A DNA stretch of 64,000 bases from Promethearchaeota archaeon (GTDB lineage: Archaea; Asgardarchaeota; Lokiarchaeia; Sigyniarchaeales; SOKP01). Shown here piece after piece: positions 1 through 9,652 of this stretch (positions within the stretch are counted from its first letter, which is position 1; every line of letters begins with the position of its first letter). A program made the position numbers and the translations under genes. The notes under the pieces are model-generated. The model searched no databases. It worked only from the letters and a program-made list of their open reading frames with translations, and was not told the DNA's origin. Location: the NCBI GenBank assembly GCA_016840085.1, contig JAEOTA010000012.1, positions 64,001-128,000 of the forward strand. Direction: 5' to 3'.

Positions 1-61
1 TGATCCTTGCAAAAATTATTGGCAAGGAGGTTCACGGATTATGACTAAAGAGTCGATGAGA

Positions 62-250
62 TCAGCGAACTCTTAAAGCGTACTTTCCTGGGAAATGAAT
101 CTTTAAATATTGAGCAAATAATGACTGCTCTGGATCTATGATTATAACAGCACCCGTAAAATCCTCACTAAGAGTGTGAGTTTTACATTTAGGGCAGATT
201 GTTTCATTTTTAGTTAATAGATGACAATTTTTGCAAGCTTTTTCCTTCAT
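62..250 (-). CDS. spt4: Transcription elongation factor Spt4 (RpoE'')
   Basis: 62 aa with a KACKNC...CPKC zinc ribbon and C-terminal PGKYALRVR; directly downstream of rpoE'. Confidence 0.93.
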   Translation of the reverse strand: MKEKACKNCHLLTKNETICPKCKTHTLSEDFTGAVIIIDPEQSLFAQYLKIHFPGKYALRVR

Positions 251-278
251 AGTAATTTCAAATCTCTAATTTATTATT

Positions 279-884
279 TTATTCTAGTTTTTCTTCACTA
301 ACTTTTGATTTTTGTGCTTCTTTTTCTTCAATTAATTGTGCTATATCACTTTCTATCCAATCTTCTTTCCCTAGGTATTTTTGTCGCATTGATAAACCGA
401 GTTTACCACTTCTTCCCGTCCCTAAAGATACAGCGATTATTTTTGCTCGTACTTGATCGTTAACTTCAAGAATTCTTCCAGTCTCTTTACCAATAAATCT
501 ATTACTTACTTGTTCATAAGAAATATAATCATCACAAATTTGGGATACATGAACTAAACCGTCGAGTGGACCTAGTCGAATAAAACTTCCAAAATCAACA
601 ACTTCTACAACAGTTCCTTCTACTACTTCTGATAAAGTCGGTTTAAAGGTAAGAATTGTAAAATTTACTTCGTGAAACGTATTTGCATTACCAGGAATGA
701 TCGTACCTTGCCCAACATTAAGCACATCGACAACTGCAATTATAAATCCAAAATCTCTTGTAATTATTCCTTCATAATCCTCTGAAAGTATAATTCTAGC
801 ACTTACTTCTTTCTCTTGGCCGAATAAGAATGGTGGGATCTCGATCTTTCCTTCAATTGTAAAAAGTTTAAATATATTGAGCAC
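279..884 (-). CDS. rpoE1: RNA polymerase subunit E' (Rpo7)
   Basis: N-terminal IPP motif, S1 domain (EVVEGTVVEVVDFGSFIRLGPLDGLVHVSQI), KLGLSMRQKYLGK tail. Confidence 0.95.
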   Translation of the reverse strand: MLNIFKLFTIEGKIEIPPFLFGQEKEVSARIILSEDYEGIITRDFGFIIAVVDVLNVGQGTIIPGNANTFHEVNFTILTFKPTLSEVVEGTVVEVVDFGSFIRLGPLDGLVHVSQICDDYISYEQVSNRFIGKETGRILEVNDQVRAKIIAVSLGTGRSGKLGLSMRQKYLGKEDWIESDIAQLIEEKEAQKSKVSEEKLE

Positions 885-1189
885 CTGTCAAAAAAATCAA
901 TTGTTATTTATAATATCGTTAGTGATATAAAACTGTTTAATTACTCCACTAATTAAACCAATTTTAATGTTTTATTAAATGAATTACAAAATTAATAGTT
1001 TGTGGTTTTATACTAGTATATTATCGAAATTCGGATGATTTTCAATTGCTTATACTTTTCTTTCTTATTGGGTAAAATTATCAATGAAAAGAAAGAATTA
1101 AATATTCCCGATTAAATTTCATTTAATAACAAATTGGTATTATAAAGTAGTAAGATCAATTATTTATATTTTGAGATGAGGAATTAATA

Positions 1190-2191
1190 ATGAGTAGTGA
1201 TGAATTGCCTAAGGAATTGAGTTCCGAAGAATTAATTAATTTTTATAAAAAGATGTTGTTGATTCGTGAATTTGAACTTAGAATTACAAAAGATTCTGGT
1301 AAAATCAAATCACCTTTAGTGCACCCTTATACAGGTGAAGAAGCTATAGCTATTGGAGCTTGTGCTGCAATTGATGAGGATGATTATATTACCTCTACAC
1401 ACAGAGGTCACGGTCATTTTATCGCCAAGGGAGGTGATATTAACTCACTAATGGCAGAAATTTATGGAAAAGAAGGGGGAATATGCAAAGGTCGTGGTGG
1501 ATCAATGCATGTTGCTGATTTTTCTAAAAATATGCTTGGTGCAAATGGAATTGTAGGAGCAGGCCCTCCTTTAGCCCTTGGAGTTGCCTTAGCTTCAAAG
1601 ATGAGAAATGAAGGTAAGGTTGTTCTTACTTTTTTTGGTGATGGAGCAGCAAACCAAGGAATGCTACATGAATCAATGAATCTTGCTGTTATATGGAAAC
1701 TTCCTATAATTTTTGTTTTAGAGAATAACATGTATGGATGGAGCACCTCTGTTAAATATGCTACTGCTATTAAAGATCTTTCACTTCGTGCTCAAGGGTA
1801 TGGGATGAGAGGCATTACGATTGATGGTAATGATGTAATTAAGGTATATAAGACCACTAAAGAAGCAATCGATCTCGCAAGAAAGGGAGGTGGTCCCACG
1901 TTAATTGAATGCAAGACTTATAGATGGCAAGGTCAAACTACAATGGATGCTGATAAATACCGCTCAACTGAAGAAAAAGAAGAATGGAAAAAAAAATGCC
2001 CAATTGAAGCCTATAAAATAAAACTTATCAAGAGTGAAGTTATCGATCGAACTATTATTCAAAAAATTGAGGAAGATACTTTAGCACAAGTAGAGCTAAG
2101 CGTTAAATTAGCTAAAAAAAGTCCAAAACCAAATGCTACTACAGTCTTAGATGATATTTACAAAAATCCTATAGATTTAGGAGGAAATTAA
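1190..2191 (+). CDS. ThDP-dependent 2-oxoacid/acetoin dehydrogenase E1 alpha subunit
   Basis: STHRGHGH, GRGGSMH and the GDGA...N ThDP-binding motif; followed by an E1 beta gene. Confidence 0.92.
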   Translation: MSSDELPKELSSEELINFYKKMLLIREFELRITKDSGKIKSPLVHPYTGEEAIAIGACAAIDEDDYITSTHRGHGHFIAKGGDINSLMAEIYGKEGGICKGRGGSMHVADFSKNMLGANGIVGAGPPLALGVALASKMRNEGKVVLTFFGDGAANQGMLHESMNLAVIWKLPIIFVLENNMYGWSTSVKYATAIKDLSLRAQGYGMRGITIDGNDVIKVYKTTKEAIDLARKGGGPTLIECKTYRWQGQTTMDADKYRSTEEKEEWKKKCPIEAYKIKLIKSEVIDRTIIQKIEEDTLAQVELSVKLAKKSPKPNATTVLDDIYKNPIDLGGN

Positions 2192-2192
2192 A

Positions 2193-3179
2193 ATGGTTGA
2201 AGAAACTAAAACTATGAGAGGTTTGGATGCTATACGATTAGCTATTGATGAAGAAATGGAACGTGATAAATCTGTTTTCTTAATAGGAGAGGATATCGGG
2301 AAGTTTGGAGGTTGTTTTTTTGTAACAGAGGGATTATTAGAAAAATTTGGTCCTGAGAGAATTCGTGATACACCAATTAGTGAAAATGCGATTTTGGGTT
2401 GTGCTGTTGGAGCCGCTATGGCTGGCATGCGCCCTATAGCAGAAATTATGTTTGCAGACTTCTTGCCTGTGTGTATGGAGATGATTGTAAATCAAGCTGC
2501 AAAAGCAAGATATATGTATGGAGGTCAAATTTCTGTTCCTGTCACGATTAGAGTTCCATTTGGAACTGGCATAATGGGGGCGGCACAACACTCCCAATCT
2601 TTTGAATCATGGTTTATGCATGTACCAGGTTTGAAAGTTGTCTTACCATCGGATGCACGTGATTTTAAAGGATTACTGAAGACCGCTATACGAGATAATG
2701 ATCCAGTCATTTTTTTTGAAAATAAGAGGGCATATTACCTCACTAGTGAAGTTCCGCTAGATAAAGAATTCACAATACCATTTGGACAAGCAAGGATATT
2801 CACTGAAGGGGATGATGTTACTATTGTTGCTACAGGAGCTATGGTCTCAGAAAGTATTAGAGCTGCTACAAAATTAGACGCAGAAAATATTCATTGTGAA
2901 ATAATTGATCCAAGGACTTTAGTTCCATTGGATAAATCAACTATCCTAAATTCTGTGGAAAAAACAGGAAGATTGCTTATTGTAGATGAAGGCTGTAAAA
3001 CTTGTTCTGTGAGTGCTGAAATCGCCGCATTTGTCGCAGAAGAAGGTTTTCAATATTTAAAGAAGAATATAATAAGACTTAATACTCCAGATGTTCCAAT
3101 TCCTTTTGCAGATAAATTAGAAAAAGCAATTATTCCGAATGCGAAATCAGTTCAAGAAAATGTTAAGAAATTACTTTAA
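2193..3179 (+). CDS. 2-oxoacid/acetoin dehydrogenase E1 beta subunit
   Basis: GEDIG, DTPISE, AEIMFADF, AAQHSQ and IDPRTLVPLD motifs; starts 1 nt after the E1 alpha stop. Confidence 0.93.
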   Translation: MVEETKTMRGLDAIRLAIDEEMERDKSVFLIGEDIGKFGGCFFVTEGLLEKFGPERIRDTPISENAILGCAVGAAMAGMRPIAEIMFADFLPVCMEMIVNQAAKARYMYGGQISVPVTIRVPFGTGIMGAAQHSQSFESWFMHVPGLKVVLPSDARDFKGLLKTAIRDNDPVIFFENKRAYYLTSEVPLDKEFTIPFGQARIFTEGDDVTIVATGAMVSESIRAATKLDAENIHCEIIDPRTLVPLDKSTILNSVEKTGRLLIVDEGCKTCSVSAEIAAFVAEEGFQYLKKNIIRLNTPDVPIPFADKLEKAIIPNAKSVQENVKKLL

Positions 3180-3380
3180 ACAAATAAAACTAAACTTATT
3201 TTTTTATTATTACAGATTTCTTAGGATAATATATATTAATATATATTGAACTAATCAAAATGAAATAATTATACAAAAAAAAGGATCTTACAGCGTATAA
3301 TCGGAACCTTTATATATATACTTTTATATATTTCTATGAGGATTAGGATTTATTTAATTAAGGGGTGATAATACCGAAAT

Positions 3381-3485
3381 ATGACCGTGAAAGAAATATA
3401 TGAAATTGTTATAGCTATTATAGGACTTTCAAGCTTAGTAGCCCTTGGTATTGTTATATTGCTACTTATCGGTCTATTTGCTTAG
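3381..3485 (+). CDS. Unannotated 34-aa single-pass membrane microprotein
   Basis: Read by hand: MTVKEIYEIVIAIIGLSSLVALGIVILLLIGLFA*. SD-like GGGGTGA at 3362-3368 and a TATA-like run near 3309-3320. Confidence 0.5.
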   Translation: MTVKEIYEIVIAIIGLSSLVALGIVILLLIGLFA

Positions 3486-3870
3486 TTTTATTCTTTAACT
3501 TCTTTAAAAAATCTTTTCTTAATGGAAAAAAGATATCGAGCATTATAAATGGTTCATTTCCAATACATGTATCACTATGAGGAGTATTAGCAGGAATACA
3601 ATAAATATCTCCTTTTTTAACAATCCGCTCCTCCTCTCCAATTCGTAATTTTGCTTCGCCTCCATACACCATGCCTATTTGCTCATGTTTATGCGAATGT
3701 GTAGGAACTGTATGTCCCGGCAATGTGGCATTGAATGCCATCATCATCTTCTCCCCATGTAATCCCGTGAGAATTGTTGTTTCCAATCCGTCCATCTGTA
3801 TAAATTTAGGTGCATCTTTAATATCTATAAAATATAAACTCTTTTTATTTTGGATATTTATCATCTCCAA
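3466..3870 (-). CDS. Cupin domain protein
   Basis: HSHKHEQ...GEA and IPANTPH cupin metal motifs. Confidence 0.88.
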   Translation of the reverse strand: MEMINIQNKKSLYFIDIKDAPKFIQMDGLETTILTGLHGEKMMMAFNATLPGHTVPTHSHKHEQIGMVYGGEAKLRIGEEERIVKKGDIYCIPANTPHSDTCIGNEPFIMLDIFFPLRKDFLKKLKNKTKQIDR

Positions 3871-4055
3871 ATTGAATTAAATTTTAAAGAAATTCCTTAT
3901 ATAATTTTCGTCAAGCCTTATTATAAATTTTTAATATAGATAATAACTGAATCTCTACATCAATTTCAGATTTTTAAATATATTCTAACAGAAGATAAAG
4001 ATTTTGTGAAGATATATTTTAAAAGATAGAGTTATTAAAACTATCAGCATTTTTT

Positions 4056-4922
4056 TTGTATAATCATTTTAAATTGAATGATTTTAAAAATATATTAAAA
4101 TATGAGGAAATTTTAAAATTGTCTGGATATATTGGGAAGAAAATTAGATTGGAAAGAATAATAAATAGAGAAACAAAAAGGACTATTATAGTCCCAATGG
4201 ATCATGGATTAACTGTCGGACCTATTAAAGGAATCGAAAAAAAAATAGGAGAAATGGTCAATAAGATAGCTCTAGGTGGTGCGAACGCTGTTTTAGGGCA
4301 TGTTGGAATCCCTTTATACGCTCATAGAGGATATGGCCCCGATATAGGATTAATTTTACATTTATCAGGATCAACTTCATTAAGTCCTGATTCAAATTAT
4401 AAAATATTAGTAAATACAGTTTTAGAAGCTGTAAAATTCGGGGCAGATGGGGTTTCAATTCATATCAATATTGGTACAAAATCAGATCCAGAAATGTTAG
4501 AAACTTTAGGAAAAGTTTCAAGAGAATGTCGAGATCTTGGAATGCCACTTCTCGCTATGATGTATCCAAGGGGAGAAAATATAGATGATGAATATGACGT
4601 CGAAGTGGTTAAGATAGCGGCTCGGGTTGCTGCTGAATTAGGAGCTGACATTGTTAAGACAAATTGGACAGGAGATCCTGATTCTTTTAAAGAAGTTGTT
4701 GACGGTTGTATGGCTCCAGTAATAATTGCAGGAGGGGAAAAGGCAGGATTAAGAGATATTTTAGAAATAACTAAACAATCAATTGATGTAGGCGGCGCAG
4801 GTGTAGCTTACGGAAGAAATGTTTTCCAAGCTGATGATCCTACTAAATTTATAAAAGCACTATATCTTATTGTTCATAAAAATTACGATGTCCATGAAGC
4901 AATAAAAGAATTAAGTCTTTAA
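4056..4922 (+). CDS. DhnA-type class I aldolase (ADH synthase / fructose-bisphosphate aldolase family)
   Basis: [25 protein letters not shown] (Schiff-base Lys), IIAGG, GRNVFQ. The true start may be the TTG near 4119. Confidence 0.88.
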   Translation: MYNHFKLNDFKNILKYEEILKLSGYIGKKIRLERIINRETKRTIIVPMDHGLTVGPIKGIEKKIGEMVNKIALGGANAVLGHVGIPLYAHRGYGPDIGLILHLSGSTSLSPDSNYKILVNTVLEAVKFGADGVSIHINIGTKSDPEMLETLGKVSRECRDLGMPLLAMMYPRGENIDDEYDVEVVKIAARVAAELGADIVKTNWTGDPDSFKEVVDGCMAPVIIAGGEKAGLRDILEITKQSIDVGGAGVAYGRNVFQADDPTKFIKALYLIVHKNYDVHEAIKELSL

Positions 4923-5035
4923 TTCTATGAATATCGAATTTGAAAATGAAAAGTGAGAAAATTAGAGGAGATAAGATAGTTCTAGTTTTACGATTTTTAA
5001 TCAAAAAAATGCTAATACAGTCTAAGTTTAATTAA

Positions 5036-5140
5036 CTAGATTAATTTAGCTATTTTTTCGCACGTTCACTTACAATCTAAAAATATTAATCCCAATCTTA
5101 CATCTTTCGTTGTAGAAACAGTTAATACTGCATTGTCTCC
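5036..5140 (-). pseudogene. 3' remnant of a roadblock/LC7 gene, paralog of 6010..6387
   Basis: Translates GDNAVLTVSTTKDVRLGLIFLDCK*TCEKIAKLI*, almost identical to the C-terminus of 6010..6387, with an internal TGA at 5066-5068 and no 5' part. Confidence 0.88.
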
Positions 5141-5253
5141 CAATTAATATAATTATAGAAAAAAAAAAAATCAACTGACTATAGTTTTATTAATTGCTTT
5201 AGTACTATACTAAATATTATAAAATTATTAAAAGAATAAAAAGTGAGAAATCA

Positions 5254-5967
5254 ATGGGTAAGAATCGACCTGAAACAACTCTTTTTCTAATGCAATCATT
5301 GGATGGAAAAATTTCTACGGGGAATGTCGATGAACGAGATCAAGAAATTGATTTTCCTAAAATCAAAGGTATTAAAGAAGGCAATTATCAATACTATGAT
5401 CTTTTACTTAAAACTGATAGACATGCTTTAATCAGTGGAAAAGTATTAGCTAAAATTGGTGTTAATTCACGTGATAGAGTTGATAATTATAAGGATGTCA
5501 ATCTAATTATAATTGATCGCAAACCACATCTCACAAAAAATGGAATGAATTATTTAATAAATTCATTTAAATCTATCTATGTTGTAACAAACGACAAAAA
5601 CCATCCAGCTTTTAATATTTCAAATGAAAAAGAACTTAGTATTATTTATTATCCGAATGAAATTAATTTTGAAGAATTATTTGGAAAACTAAAGCAAGAT
5701 TATAAAATTGAAAAGATATCAATTCAATCAGGGGGAACATTGAACTCATTATTTCTTAAACATAAAATTATTGATCATATTTCTATTATAATCGCTCCCA
5801 GTCTAGTTGGTGGAAAAGATACACCTACATCAATAGATGGAGTAGCTCCTCAGACTAATGATGATTTATTTAATATAAAGGCTCTAGAACTTAAAAAATG
5901 TGAAATATTGAAACATTCCTATATCTATCTTTATTACGATGTAATAAATGAAACAATAATAGAATAA
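5254..5967 (+). CDS. RibD C-terminal / dihydrofolate reductase-like protein
   Basis: QSLDGKI N-terminus; SGGTLN, IIDHISIIIAPSLVGG and TPT motifs. Confidence 0.82.
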   Translation: MGKNRPETTLFLMQSLDGKISTGNVDERDQEIDFPKIKGIKEGNYQYYDLLLKTDRHALISGKVLAKIGVNSRDRVDNYKDVNLIIIDRKPHLTKNGMNYLINSFKSIYVVTNDKNHPAFNISNEKELSIIYYPNEINFEELFGKLKQDYKIEKISIQSGGTLNSLFLKHKIIDHISIIIAPSLVGGKDTPTSIDGVAPQTNDDLFNIKALELKKCEILKHSYIYLYYDVINETIIE

Positions 5968-6009
5968 ACAAATTACAAAAATCTTTAAAGCCTAAAAGAC
6001 AGAATAAAA

Positions 6010-6387
6010 CTAAATCAATTTAGCAATTTTTTCACAGGTCCGCTTACAATCCAAAAATATTAGCCCCAATCTCACATCTTTCGTTGTAGACACAGTTAAT
6101 ACTGCATTGGGACCAGCTTGTAAGACTAAAAGATAACCATCACTCCCCTTCACATAGAGCTGATCGAACTCTCCCTTTTCCATCTCAATAACTGACCTTT
6201 CGGCTAAGGAGAGAAGCGCAGCAGTCATTGCGGCTATTCTAGTTTCATCCACTCCCTGCGGTAGAGCGGACGCGATAGGTAACCCCTCAGCGGATACAAT
6301 TGCGGCGGCTTTAACCTCTGGAATAGCAGCCAATAGTTTTTTTAGAATGTCATCTAATGAGTCAGTTGTGGGCTCCATGGAAGTCAT
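6010..6387 (-). CDS. Roadblock/LC7 (MglB-like) protein
   Basis: AAAIVSAEGLPIASALP, IAAMTAALLSLAER, LGLIFLD. Confidence 0.93.
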   Translation of the reverse strand: MTSMEPTTDSLDDILKKLLAAIPEVKAAAIVSAEGLPIASALPQGVDETRIAAMTAALLSLAERSVIEMEKGEFDQLYVKGSDGYLLVLQAGPNAVLTVSTTKDVRLGLIFLDCKRTCEKIAKLI

Positions 6388-6804
6388 TTCTTTTTGTTAT
6401 TTTTAATTAGGATCTATTTTTTTGGGATAGAGAATAACAATAACAAATATACTAATATAAATATAATTTACTTATTTTAATTTTATTTAATTTTTTGTAT
6501 TACTTACTTTTTAATAAAATATATTATTACTGCTTTATTAATTTAGTTTTGAAAAATATGTAATTTAATGATAGAGAGATCGTGAGAATTCTAAAAATTT
6601 GAATTTTTAGTTTTTAGAGAAAATTCATATTTATATTTCTTTGTAGTTTCTATTATTATTTTTATATTTTGGGAATTATTTTCGTAATATTTTCAAAAAT
6701 ACTTTTAGAAATTCTTTTGTACGGGAAAGCATTAACAAATCAAAGATTAATTATTTGATTATTAATTATTAAATTAATTAATATAATTCTTTAGCTGAGA
6801 AGAA

Positions 6805-7950
6805 ATGGATTATTGGACCGTTGTTGATCAAATTTATAATTTAACCTTATCACTTTCGTTTTTTCTTTTAATGATTTTAATGTTTCAGGTCGGGAGAAAG
6901 GGATATAAAGCGGGAAATAGGTATGGGGGTGTCTCCACTATTATTTGTGGTGTTTGTTTTTTAATATTTGGATATTATAATTCAGTTGTAAGATTTTTTC
7001 CTTATCCTTATAATGGGTTTATGGTGTGGTGGATTGGTATTAATTTGCTTATTAATTTGGGTTTTTTTTCCCTCATTAAAAAAGAAGTAAAAAAAATGAG
7101 AAGTGAAAATGAGGAACACAGTTTTAAGGGGGAAAAAAAGTCGGTATTGAGAAGATATGTAGAAAGAATGACTAAAGAAAACCCATACGGAGAAGATATA
7201 TCATTTAGGATGGAGTTGATTAGAAAAAGTTTTCATTTAACAGGATTTTTGCTTCTAATAGCATATTTTGGATTTTTTATTCTACTCCCAGTGACTCTAA
7301 TAATAAGTGATAGTGTGATAGTGTTAATAAATAATATAAGTCCCTCCTACGAATTTTTATGGGGTGATATAGCCTTATTTCCATACAGTCCAGGGGAATT
7401 TCAAGCTATAATTGATTTAACTATGATGGCGTTAATTGGCGCTTTAATGTTTGCAATAATTTCTGATTTGATAAGGATTATTTGGGGTCCAGAATACTCA
7501 GTTTTCAATTTTTTAACAAAATCAATGTTAAGAAATAAGGAGAAAAACGCAATGGGGCCACAAATTTATATAATCACAGGATTTATTTTTTCCTATATGC
7601 TGTATATGGCAGGATTAATCGGCATTTTAGTATTTTTTTCAGGAGTATTGATTGCATGTCTTTCAGATGCTGCTGCTGCTTTAATTGGGAAAAACTATGG
7701 GAAACATAAAGTAAAAGTAATAAGTAAAGAAACCAAATCTATTGAAGGTTTTCTTGCGGGTGTAATAGTTGCCTATTTAATAGGTCTAATTCTCGTGGGC
7801 CCAATATATGCAATAATTGGAGCAGTTATATTCTTTATAACAGATTATTTCCCAACGGTTATAGCTGATAATATTTTAAATCCCATCTTTATACCTATAG
7901 GCATACAGCTGTTTATTTTATTATTAGGTTTGCCCGTTGGTTGGTTTTAA
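6805..7950 (+). CDS. CTP-dependent polyprenol/diacylglycerol kinase family membrane protein
   Basis: Polytopic; ELIRKSFH, SDAAAALIGKNYGKHK, KSIEGFLAG and DNIL motifs. Confidence 0.78.
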   Translation: MDYWTVVDQIYNLTLSLSFFLLMILMFQVGRKGYKAGNRYGGVSTIICGVCFLIFGYYNSVVRFFPYPYNGFMVWWIGINLLINLGFFSLIKKEVKKMRSENEEHSFKGEKKSVLRRYVERMTKENPYGEDISFRMELIRKSFHLTGFLLLIAYFGFFILLPVTLIISDSVIVLINNISPSYEFLWGDIALFPYSPGEFQAIIDLTMMALIGALMFAIISDLIRIIWGPEYSVFNFLTKSMLRNKEKNAMGPQIYIITGFIFSYMLYMAGLIGILVFFSGVLIACLSDAAAALIGKNYGKHKVKVISKETKSIEGFLAGVIVAYLIGLILVGPIYAIIGAVIFFITDYFPTVIADNILNPIFIPIGIQLFILLLGLPVGWF

Positions 7951-7989
7951 TAATTCATTACAAAATATTTATTATATATAGAAATAACC

Positions 7990-8835
7990 ATGCCTGAACT
8001 AATCGAAGATTTTAAACATATCAAATTGGCAATTTTTGACTTAGATGGTGTTGTTTACCGTGGTCAAAAATTAATTCCAAATGTGGACAAGATTATACAA
8101 GAGTTAAAAGATCTATCATTAAGAGTAATCTATAATTCTAATAATTCTACAGCAACCAGGCAGATGTATGTTGAGAAGTTAAGGAATTTTGGTATACAAA
8201 GTGAAATAAATGATTTCTATACAAGTGCTTCTATAACTGCTACAGAAATAACTAATATAAAGAAAAATTCAAATATTTTTGTTATTGGAGAAAAGGGACT
8301 CAGAGATGAATTAAAAGTATTGGGTCATAAAATTATCATCAATCCTAAGAGTTTTAATGATATTGACTTTGTTATCGTAGGATTAGATAGAGAATTTTCG
8401 TATCAAAAACTAGCAATTGCTCAAAAATGTATCTTAGAAGGACAGGCACAATTTTATGCAACAAATACAGATTCTACGTTACCCGCTGCTAGTGGTTTGT
8501 TACCGGGAGCAGGAACAATGGTAAATGCATTAAAAACGTGTACAAGTAAGCAACCAATTAAAATTTTTGGAAAACCTGAACCATTTGGTATTAATTTGAT
8601 TTTAAAAGATATGAATATTCCAGCAAAAAATACATGTATTTTTGGAGATCGTTTGAGTACTGATATAGCTGCTGGTAATCGAGCAGGAATTATGACTATT
8701 GCTGTTTTAACAGGTGTCACCTCAGAAGATATGATTACTGATTTAAAATATAAATTAAAAGAATCAGATTTAATCGATAAAAATTTAGTGCCAGATTTAG
8801 TAATACAATCTTTAAGTGAGATTTTTAGGAAGTAA
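7990..8835 (+). CDS. HAD-IIA (NagD-like) hydrolase
   Basis: FDLDGV, SNNS, GKP, GDRLSTDI. Confidence 0.92.
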   Translation: MPELIEDFKHIKLAIFDLDGVVYRGQKLIPNVDKIIQELKDLSLRVIYNSNNSTATRQMYVEKLRNFGIQSEINDFYTSASITATEITNIKKNSNIFVIGEKGLRDELKVLGHKIIINPKSFNDIDFVIVGLDREFSYQKLAIAQKCILEGQAQFYATNTDSTLPAASGLLPGAGTMVNALKTCTSKQPIKIFGKPEPFGINLILKDMNIPAKNTCIFGDRLSTDIAAGNRAGIMTIAVLTGVTSEDMITDLKYKLKESDLIDKNLVPDLVIQSLSEIFRK

Positions 8836-8873
8836 CTTTAGCTTAAAGTATTTTTTTTGAAAATAAGTTTAAC

Positions 8874-9428
8874 TTATAACAATCCTGCTTTTTTTAACAT
8901 CAATCGACCAATTTCAGAAAAAACATCTTCTACATTTTGACCATTTTTGGCAGAACATTCTATATATCCATAAAGACTATTTTTTCTGGCTATGTCATAT
9001 GCCTCATTTCTAGAGACTGCTCTTTTATATTCTAGATCAATTTTACTCCCTACCATTAACACAGGGATTTGGTTGTCTGTGCCAGAATAACCTCTTTTAA
9101 AAATTTCAATCCAATCATTAAAATTTTTGAGTGATGAATATCGTGTGATGTCAAACATAAAGATTCCTCCTGAAGCTCCGATAACATAACTAGGCATGAG
9201 GAATCTAAATCTGTCTTCACCAGCAAAATCCCAGATTTGTAAACCAACTCGTTTTCCATCAATTTCAAGTTTTTTTACATGAAAATCGACCCCAATTGTG
9301 ATCTCAGAATGACTCTTAAAAACTCCCGTGAGATAACGTTTTATTAAAGTGGTCTTCCCAACACCACCATCGCCAAAAAATACCACCTTAAATAACGCGT
9401 CACTTAATGGAATACTCTCTCTCACCAT
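8874..9428 (-). CDS. Rab-like small GTPase
   Basis: G1 GDGGVGKT, TIGVDF, WDFAGE, SKID, SAK; no C-terminal prenylation Cys. Confidence 0.92.
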   Translation of the reverse strand: MVRESIPLSDALFKVVFFGDGGVGKTTLIKRYLTGVFKSHSEITIGVDFHVKKLEIDGKRVGLQIWDFAGEDRFRFLMPSYVIGASGGIFMFDITRYSSLKNFNDWIEIFKRGYSGTDNQIPVLMVGSKIDLEYKRAVSRNEAYDIARKNSLYGYIECSAKNGQNVEDVFSEIGRLMLKKAGLL

Positions 9429-9652
9429 ACTGGTTGGTTGAAAATCTTTTTATAAAATCTTATTGTCCTTAATATGCGTCTATTTTAGTTCTAATTAATC
9501 TGAATGTTTATTTTTTTTTATAATTATAATATATTCAATTTTTAAAAATAATTGTTTTTAATTAATGAAACTATAAATTACTATAATTTTTAATCTTAAA
9601 AATTGAAGAGATATATTTTAATTCCTTACTAAATTTCCAAATTTGAAAAATA

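Noticed and set aside
21-50. Fluoride riboswitch or SECIS resemblance
   Set aside because: Only partial word matches; the required pairings and conserved cores are missing.
5066-5068. In-frame TGA as possible selenocysteine
   Set aside because: It aligns to Arg, not Cys, in the intact paralog, and the fragment has no 5' half.
8874-9428. Gln-to-Glu change in the G3 motif (DFAGE) and missing prenylation site as a novelty
   Set aside because: Such variation and the lack of C-terminal Cys are common in Asgard Rab-like GTPases.
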